Positions 7,598 through 13,483 of a stretch of DNA of 13,483 bases are shown piece after piece (the first letter of the stretch is position 1; every line of letters begins with the position of its first letter). Both the position numbers and the translations under genes were made by a program. The stretch covers positions 1-13,483 of the forward strand of contig JBBRUX010000069.1 of NCBI GenBank assembly GCA_038247415.1, in the 5' to 3' direction. Source of the stretch: Chitinivibrionales bacterium (GTDB lineage Bacteria > Fibrobacterota > Chitinivibrionia > Chitinivibrionales > WJKA01). The notes under the pieces were generated by a model. That model worked only from the letters and a program-made list of their open reading frames with translations. It was not told the DNA's origin and searched no databases.

Positions 7598-9163
7598 TTA
7601 TCTTCTCCTGATTATAAACTTGTCAACAACTATCCTTTTAGATTTTATATAGCCGTCATCGCTTAAGAAAATCATCAACTCGCCACAATGTCCTATAGAA
7701 TGGTTTCCTCGTTGCGCACCATTAATCCCAAACCACTGACCTTTGCGCATAGTTGACAGTATGCTTGCTCGTGACAGCGCTTGCGAAACTGAAGAAGGGG
7801 AAGATTCCACTACGATGCGGTTTACTCCTGTTAGCGTTCGTGCAAGTGTGATCCATACTTCTTGATTGGTTGCATCAAGTGAAGCAAAATATCCTGAATT
7901 CAAAGGTAGCGCAATACCATTAAGGGAGATAGAAGTAGGCAAAGCAGTCATCGAAGATATGCGAAGAACGGGCGAAACCAGAGATTTTGCAGATTGCGTA
8001 ATGTTAATCGTCAGATCTGCCCGGTTGTTTGATGCTGCTACCCACCATGTTCGAAAGTTGTGGTCGTATCCAGCTGGTGAGAGGGTTTGCAGTGCAGGAT
8101 TAGTTGTTCCAACGGGTCCCTGGGTCTTGACTGTTCCAACAGCTGCAGAAATAGCCACACCGCCACTGTGAATGAGGCGATTCTCATCCCGAACGCGCAT
8201 GACACCACTGTCTGATTTAGAATCGAAAATAATTGATAGAGAGTACTGTCCCCATTTACTCTTAAGAAATGATCCGTCAAGAGCATCTCCAGAAGCATTC
8301 ATCCATCCATAAGGCATACCCCATGTTGTTTTAATTGAACAATCGTAGAAATTCATTTGATAGTCGGTCGCCCATGTTGCATCGCCCCATAAGTCTCCCA
8401 TGTGTGGCCCGCTCGCGGGAATGTTGGCGCTGCTCCATCCCGGAACGCCGCAGTTCTGTTGTGTATACGTCTGCGACGCAACGAAACCAAGCTCTTTTCC
8501 CTTTGCCCACTCCCAGGCATACGGGATGTCACACGAGCCACCAAATGTAAACGCACCACTCCAGTTGTTCCAATCGGTCCTACCGATATACGAAAGTAGT
8601 GGCTGTTTGAAATATTTTTGTGCTCCGTATTCGAGTCCTTCGGCAATAGCGCCTTGCCCACTATAATCTATGGTTGCATAGGGGCTGCGAGTATCAGCCG
8701 CCATGGTTCCGCTACTTACATTTTCGCAGAGTCCGAACTGGAAGTAGTCTAATCCGTCAAGGAAGGTGTAGGTCACGGTCTCCTTGACGCCATCCAGGTT
8801 TGCAGAAACCTGAAAGGATGCTCGCGAAGGACCAACATAAACCTGCGCTACTGTCATAGGCGGTGTTGTGGAGGAGGCGCCGTGATGGACAATGGGACAG
8901 AATCCTGAATTCCATGCGCTACCACTTGTTGCAGTATTTGCAACAACAACCTTGGTGCTGCCTGCGTAGTAGCTAAAGTACTGAAATATGCCAGCAAAAG
9001 ATCCCGACTTAACAAGCGCCGCCTTACGCTCCTTCCCAATCTGATCGGTCCAGGTTATCAGGGAGTTTGCGGAACCGTAGATCGTCGAGTCCTTGACTGT
9101 TAAACTCCATCCATGAGCTGCAATGCAAAGAATTGCGGTAGCCAGGGCAAGAGGGATACGCAT
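7598..9163 (-). CDS. Secreted hypothetical protein, 521 aa, Trp/Tyr/Gly/Ser-rich
   Basis: Long ORF, GGAG RBS, signal peptide MRIPLALATAILCIAAHGWS, 2-nt gap to the next gene. No catalytic motif recognised. Confidence 0.85.
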   Translation of the reverse strand: MRIPLALATAILCIAAHGWSLTVKDSTIYGSANSLITWTDQIGKERKAALVKSGSFAGIFQYFSYYAGSTKVVVANTATSGSAWNSGFCPIVHHGASSTTPPMTVAQVYVGPSRASFQVSANLDGVKETVTYTFLDGLDYFQFGLCENVSSGTMAADTRSPYATIDYSGQGAIAEGLEYGAQKYFKQPLLSYIGRTDWNNWSGAFTFGGSCDIPYAWEWAKGKELGFVASQTYTQQNCGVPGWSSANIPASGPHMGDLWGDATWATDYQMNFYDCSIKTTWGMPYGWMNASGDALDGSFLKSKWGQYSLSIIFDSKSDSGVMRVRDENRLIHSGGVAISAAVGTVKTQGPVGTTNPALQTLSPAGYDHNFRTWWVAASNNRADLTINITQSAKSLVSPVLRISSMTALPTSISLNGIALPLNSGYFASLDATNQEVWITLARTLTGVNRIVVESSPSSVSQALSRASILSTMRKGQWFGINGAQRGNHSIGHCGELMIFLSDDGYIKSKRIVVDKFIIRRR

Positions 9164-9211
9164 AGGATATTCTCCGGTTTTGTTGAGTTATCTCTGAGAT
9201 TGTTTATACGA

Positions 9212-11161
9212 TCATCCACCGATTACAAGCCGAGAAATAGTGGTATGTCCTGAGTCTTGAACGCGCAGAAAATAAACGCCTTGAGTAAATTCTTTTGTTT
9301 GCAGCACATGCGAACCAGCACTCAATACTTTTTGCAGAGTCATTTTGCCGGCTGCGTCGAGCAATGCCACAGTTCCATTGTGTGATAATGTTAATGCAAC
9401 AGACCCATCTCGAATAATTATAGGGCACAAACCTGCAGTAGGAATTATTGCGATCGACCGGTCGGTGCTCCCCGAAGAAAGGACAAAATGCAAAACTGAC
9501 AAAGACGGAAGTGTATAGGTAAAAGCATTTCCAATAATCGAAGCAATGGCTGTCCGTTTTGTGATGGTCGTATCGGCCCCACCAAATCCCCAGACTTCCG
9601 CCGAGGTAAAATTAGCTAGCGCAGTTATCTCCATTGATACAGTCTTGGCAGCCGATGCCTTGTTGATGCCGATGATTTGCAAAGTCGACCGGTTTGCCCC
9701 CAGAGATGCGTACACGCAGGTGCTATCGAGGTTCGAGGTACTAGCTTGACATGAGAGGGTTCCGAATGTCGCATTTGCGCCATTGTAGTTGCGGTAGATG
9801 CGGTACGCTGCAGCGCTGAACTTGTCGGTTACGTACCACTTGTTTGTCATGAACACCCCAGCCTTGCCAACCGCACCCAGAAAGTCGGCGGTTGCGATGC
9901 CCCCAGAGATGTGGTTTCCTGCGCCATAGGTGAATTCGGTGAAGGCGATCTTGGTTCCGGGGTAATATGTGTCGATGGATTTCTTGAGGCGCTTGAGCAA
10001 TCCAATAGGCCCCGGAGTTGGGTTGCCCCAGTCAAGAACCGGTTCCCTAGGCGTCATCCACTTGCTGATCCACGATGTTTCGGTGTAGGTCGTGTCATAC
10101 AGCGAACGAGGCGCCTGCATCCGTGCTGCCACCGCTCCAGCAGTCACTGGATCCGAAACCTCAGCATTAGAACCGATAATGCGCTTCCCATCTCCCTGCG
10201 CCTCAGGATACCAATGCAGATCGATCACGTCAAGCAGTCGTTGTCCGGCGGTCGTCGATGCCTTTTTTATCTGGTCAAGATAATAATCGATGAACCAGGT
10301 GTATGATCCTTTGACAGATGCCCAGTCTGTCGAGGCGTTGAGATCATCATACGCAGAATACCCAAAGAGTGCCGGCCCGAAAACTAATGACGAGTTGTCA
10401 ACAGCTTTGATCGCCTTTGAGCAGGCCACGGATTTCTGGATCAGTTCCGCGCAGGTAACGCCTACAGGATGGAGTAGCGGGTGCGTGTCTTTCCAGAGGC
10501 ATGGCTCATTGTCAAGTGAGTAGGCAAATACACCGCCTTGCGAAGCTTTCTGGTATTTGTTGACAAGGAGGTTTACCATTTCATCTATGTAAACCTTTGA
10601 GTCTGTTGCATCGGGAGTGAGTGAAAGGGATGATCCTTTGGCAAATACAACTTCCTTCCATCGAGCAGAAGGCGCAACCTCGGTGGAATCCACGGGACCA
10701 TTTTTGTCTGCTGCAACATACCCTGCCATCTGCACTGTTACAAGGCTCTTTTGATTAGACGCCCTGCACCCGTCAATAAAATCGGTTATCGTTTTTCCGG
10801 GCGTGGTACCCCCTCCTAAATAGCCATCCGATTGATTATTGTAGTCAATGCCGGCGTTTGAGGCATTGTTCTCCCAGTTATATCCAGTAAGACGATTGCC
10901 GCCTTGTCGCGCGCAGGTCATGTTAGCGCCACGAGCCTCGTTGGATCCGTTTGAACCGTACACGTAAGGACTGATAGTAGCGGTGTCTTTTGACGGGTTG
11001 ATGCGGAATGTGTAGTCGGCGGCATGGCTGCAAACGGGAACAACGCACATTACCGCAATAGCACGAGCAATAGTTCGATAAGACATGCCGGGGGCTGCGC
11101 GAGTCGAAATTGGTGTATCACAAGTTTTGTCAACTGCTTCGTGGTTTTGATATTCTAACAT
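9212..11161 (-). CDS. Glycoside hydrolase family 44 (endoglucanase/xyloglucanase), secreted, with T9SS-like C-terminal domain
   Basis: ISPYVYGSN, RQGGNRLTGYNWENNASNAG, YSLDNEPCLWKDTH (acid/base Glu), RLLDVIDLHWYPEA, KIAFTEFTYG (nucleophile Glu). Start moved from 11404 to ATG 11161, which has a GGGAGG RBS and avoids overlap with the upstream gene; alternative ATG at 11086. Tail reads LDAAGK...GVYFLRV...RLVI. Confidence 0.93.
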   Translation of the reverse strand: MLEYQNHEAVDKTCDTPISTRAAPGMSYRTIARAIAVMCVVPVCSHAADYTFRINPSKDTATISPYVYGSNGSNEARGANMTCARQGGNRLTGYNWENNASNAGIDYNNQSDGYLGGGTTPGKTITDFIDGCRASNQKSLVTVQMAGYVAADKNGPVDSTEVAPSARWKEVVFAKGSSLSLTPDATDSKVYIDEMVNLLVNKYQKASQGGVFAYSLDNEPCLWKDTHPLLHPVGVTCAELIQKSVACSKAIKAVDNSSLVFGPALFGYSAYDDLNASTDWASVKGSYTWFIDYYLDQIKKASTTAGQRLLDVIDLHWYPEAQGDGKRIIGSNAEVSDPVTAGAVAARMQAPRSLYDTTYTETSWISKWMTPREPVLDWGNPTPGPIGLLKRLKKSIDTYYPGTKIAFTEFTYGAGNHISGGIATADFLGAVGKAGVFMTNKWYVTDKFSAAAYRIYRNYNGANATFGTLSCQASTSNLDSTCVYASLGANRSTLQIIGINKASAAKTVSMEITALANFTSAEVWGFGGADTTITKRTAIASIIGNAFTYTLPSLSVLHFVLSSGSTDRSIAIIPTAGLCPIIIRDGSVALTLSHNGTVALLDAAGKMTLQKVLSAGSHVLQTKEFTQGVYFLRVQDSGHTTISRLVIGG

Positions 11162-11183
11162 AGCGTCCTCCCAATGAGAAATG

Positions 11184-12269
11184 TTACCTGAGCGCCACAG
11201 ATCTGCCGAACCTGACATCATCAAGATATAGTGTCCCAGTGCCGGTTTGCGTGGAGCCCACCACCATGAACATGATCTCTCGAACGCGCGACAGGTCAAG
11301 ATGCGTAAATTTCGACAATAGAACATCAACAGACTGATATGTTGACGAAGCTGGACCCAGCAGCACGAGTGTTGAGGAGTCCACCACATCAAAAATCTGC
11401 ACATACAGCGAATCTCCTAAACCCCCTCCCATATACGAGCAGTGCAGCGCTTGGTAGGCCCGCACATCCTGCGGTGAGGAGAGGAGCCAGTTGTCGAAAT
11501 TGATTCCGCATTGCGACGACCAATTTGTGTATGAGTAATCAAATCGATAATCGAATCGGCCCTCGAAGGGTTTTGTCGAATCGAGGGAAAGTGTACCTGC
11601 GCTGTTCCAGGTGCCACTGACAAGTGAAGATCCATCGGTGAATATTGCAAGGTCTGCAAGCGTATCTAGTTTCCCCACCGTGATTGCAGCATTCTTAACA
11701 AGAGACCATTTTGGAGTGGTGTCGGTGCTTGGAGCAAAGAGTATCTCAGGCAGCGGTCCTGGAGCCAGAGAATCGAGGGTGACCATTCTTGCCTTTAAGC
11801 CAATACGAACCTGCACGTCGGTTCCGCGAATAAAGACTGTTCCACTGCTTATGCCTTGGGGAATATTCACAGCAACTGCACCTGGTGCCTTGAGGGTCTG
11901 GGGAATTATTGCTATAGTATCATTCGCAATAGTAAATGCCACAGACCGAACCCTCGTTCTCTTACTTGCGTGAACAGCCTGCACCGTGTACAATCCTACT
12001 AGGTTACCCTCAAAACGGTAGTTTCCTGTTGCATCGGTGGTATCAACGTTAAGCGTAGCAGCAGTTAGTGGATTGTAATCTACAGGAATAAGCTGAACAA
12101 TCGCGGCAGAGACTGGTCCGTCTGCACTGTCAAGTATAATCCCGGTAATTCGTGCACGGGCTTCCCACTCGTGGCCGCTGCCGTTGTCGACCTGTGAGGG
12201 AACCGATGAACAGGAAACGGTTAATTGCAATACTGCCGCTACGGCAAGGAAGACGATGATGTTTCTCAT
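11184..12269 (-). CDS. Lipoprotein: carboxypeptidase-regulatory-like N-terminal domain plus C-terminal CBM11-like/galactose-binding-fold domain
   Basis: Lipobox LTVS-C at residue 20. ITGIILDSADGPVSAAIVQL...TTDATGNYRF..L.GLYTVQA matches the CarboxypepD_reg-like pattern. C-terminal QDVRAYQAL...DLSRVREIMF...GTLYLDDVRF matches a CBM11-like pattern. Confidence 0.8.
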   Translation of the reverse strand: MRNIIVFLAVAAVLQLTVSCSSVPSQVDNGSGHEWEARARITGIILDSADGPVSAAIVQLIPVDYNPLTAATLNVDTTDATGNYRFEGNLVGLYTVQAVHASKRTRVRSVAFTIANDTIAIIPQTLKAPGAVAVNIPQGISSGTVFIRGTDVQVRIGLKARMVTLDSLAPGPLPEILFAPSTDTTPKWSLVKNAAITVGKLDTLADLAIFTDGSSLVSGTWNSAGTLSLDSTKPFEGRFDYRFDYSYTNWSSQCGINFDNWLLSSPQDVRAYQALHCSYMGGGLGDSLYVQIFDVVDSSTLVLLGPASSTYQSVDVLLSKFTHLDLSRVREIMFMVVGSTQTGTGTLYLDDVRFGRSVALR

Positions 12270-13132
12270 AGTGTCGATCCTTGTTTTGTCTCATACGATT
12301 TAGAGAGCGGAAAGACCGATATGTTCATATGATACACGCGGGATGGCTTTGTGTCTGCTTTAGCAAGCGCTAGAATCCGCTGTTTGCAGGCGCGAATTTC
12401 ATCTTGGATTAGTTCAAAAGTCTGTGGAGAAGCAGAGAATCCTGCCCCGCCTATGTGGCGTTGATCTTTTGGTTGATCCTGTGCGGCTGCCTTGGCGCGA
12501 TCAAGCATTTCAACAGCAAAATTGACAAGGGATATCGAACCAGTTTCACCCCCGGAACTCAGGAGTGCGTCATTTTGTCGGTAAACACCATCTGCATCGC
12601 ATCGAATAAGCTTGAGGCGTTCCAGAAGTGCAATTGATTTTCGTGCTTGCGCTGGGGTAATCACAGGTTCAAGAATGCGGGCAAGTTCGGTAAAGTTACC
12701 CGAGAATGGATAGAAACACAGAGCGTCCCGCACTGCATTATAGTACCACTTTTGATAGAGCTCATAGCAATCTGCATCAACAACTTTCACCCCAAGACTT
12801 CTAAACCCTGTCATACGCTCAAGATATCGTTTTTTTTCCACTATCCCCGGTGCTTGGTTAAAGCGAACAAGAAGCTCAAAGTATTCGGCCTCTTTGCCCT
12901 TTAGGTTTAGGAACGAAATAAATAGAGTAATCATATCATTGGAAAGGTTGATGTCGCCCTTGAGAATACGCGTGAAGTGACCGGCCGATTTAAACCCGAC
13001 CTTTGCAGCAATGTAGCGATAGGTGAAATAGGGGTGCAAATCCTTCTGCTCTTTGTAGAAGTCAGCAAGGAAATCGCGGTAGGATGTATAATTGAAGATC
13101 TGTTTCACCGAAACCCCTATTTTGTATTGCAT
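12266..13132 (-). CDS. TIGR02147-family protein (Fibrobacter paralogous family, DUF4423 C-terminus; putative DNA-binding regulator)
   Basis: IFNYTSYRDFLADFY...FTYRYIAAKVGFKS.GHFTRILKG..NLS; EAEYFELLVRFNQA; YQKWYYNAVR; LEPVITPAQARKSIALLERLKLI; VYHMNISVFPLSK. The true start may be GTG at 13108 (AGGGG RBS). Confidence 0.9.
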   Translation of the reverse strand: MQYKIGVSVKQIFNYTSYRDFLADFYKEQKDLHPYFTYRYIAAKVGFKSAGHFTRILKGDINLSNDMITLFISFLNLKGKEAEYFELLVRFNQAPGIVEKKRYLERMTGFRSLGVKVVDADCYELYQKWYYNAVRDALCFYPFSGNFTELARILEPVITPAQARKSIALLERLKLIRCDADGVYRQNDALLSSGGETGSISLVNFAVEMLDRAKAAAQDQPKDQRHIGGAGFSASPQTFELIQDEIRACKQRILALAKADTKPSRVYHMNISVFPLSKSYETKQGSTL

Positions 13133-13173
13133 ATTAACTTATTGGTAAACAGCTTTGGCCTGTATACCTTAAT

Positions 13174-13202
13174 AATATAGCACCAATTTAGGGGAGAGTC
13201 AA
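13174..13202 (-). promoter_or_regulatory. Sigma70-type promoter of the TIGR02147-GH44 operon
   Basis: Minus strand TTGACT (13202-13197), 17-nt spacer, TATATT (13179-13174), with TG-n (extended -10) immediately before the -10. Confidence 0.7.
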
Positions 13203-13320
13203 CAGAGCACACCGTAAAATTGTTTAAGTCCAGTAAACAAATAGTGATTATCTGTGAATTGTGGTGCAGGGGGTTGAGCTATCTGGAAAGCATTTTCCAA
13301 GTTGGATTTAAAGGGTAATA

Positions 13321-13350
13321 CAAAGAAATAAGAAGCAAAGAAATAAGAAT
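13321..13350 (+). repeat. 15-bp tandem direct repeat, two copies
   Basis: caaagaaataagaag / caaagaaataagaat (14 of 15 identical). Confidence 0.9.
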
Positions 13351-13352
13351 CT

Positions 13353-13483
13353 GGGCACGCCGGCGCCAAGAGCGCCGTCGGGCCTTCTTCATGCTCTCGC
13401 TTCGCGAGCCGGTACGTTCGTCCTTGCGGCACTGCGCGCCTGAGTCCTCCCGCACTGCCGGTGGCACTCCGTTTACACCGGCA
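13353..13483. repeat. GC-rich multi-hairpin element (REP/BIME-like or structured RNA), cut by the window end
   Basis: Hairpins cggcgc-caaga-gcgccg (13361-13377), ctcgc-ttc-gcgag (13396-13408) and tgccggtg-N12-caccggca (13456-13483). Abrupt GC jump from the AT-rich flank. Confidence 0.5.

Noticed and set aside
11162..11404. ORF-track 5' extension of the GH44 gene (730 aa)
   Set aside because: Overlaps the lipoprotein gene by about 220 nt in another frame and reads as non-protein-like; a strong RBS sits before ATG 11161.
6105..13180. Numerous short ORFs inside or antisense to the five operon genes
   Set aside because: Shadow frames of well-supported long genes; no independent signals.
13199..13467. 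Minus-strand ORFs 13199-13432 and 13279-13467
   Set aside because: They span the hairpin element, tandem repeat and promoter edge with non-protein-like composition.
13321..13483. Possible CRISPR leader/array start
   Set aside because: No regularly spaced repeats with unique spacers and no cas genes in the window.

Overview
Bacterial window, probably from Fibrobacterota/Chitinivibrionia (inferred from TIGR02147-family genes and T9SS-like C-terminal tails). The right half (13132->6003, minus strand) is an intact, tightly packed five-gene operon behind a TTGACT-17-TATATT promoter. It encodes a TIGR02147-family protein, a translationally coupled lipoprotein (carboxypeptidase-regulatory-like domain plus a CBM11-like C-terminal domain), a GH44 endoglucanase/xyloglucanase, a secreted 521-aa unknown and a secreted SGNH/GDSL esterase. 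The TIGR02147 + carbohydrate-binding lipoprotein pair heading secreted enzymes is the best candidate for an uncharacterised polysaccharide sensing/regulatory module. The left half starts with the 3' end of an SPFH/stomatin gene. A collapsed remnant of a second TIGR02147-headed locus follows (internally deleted TIGR02147, serine-hydrolase fragment, hypothetical fragment), then an HPt-domain gene and a YkgJ Cys-cluster gene. Next is an AT-rich toxin-antitoxin cluster with a broken YoeB/Txe toxin, an intact vapBC and a doubly inactivated second vapBC. A GC-rich multi-hairpin element runs off the right edge. All family calls come from motif recognition by eye; no searches were run.
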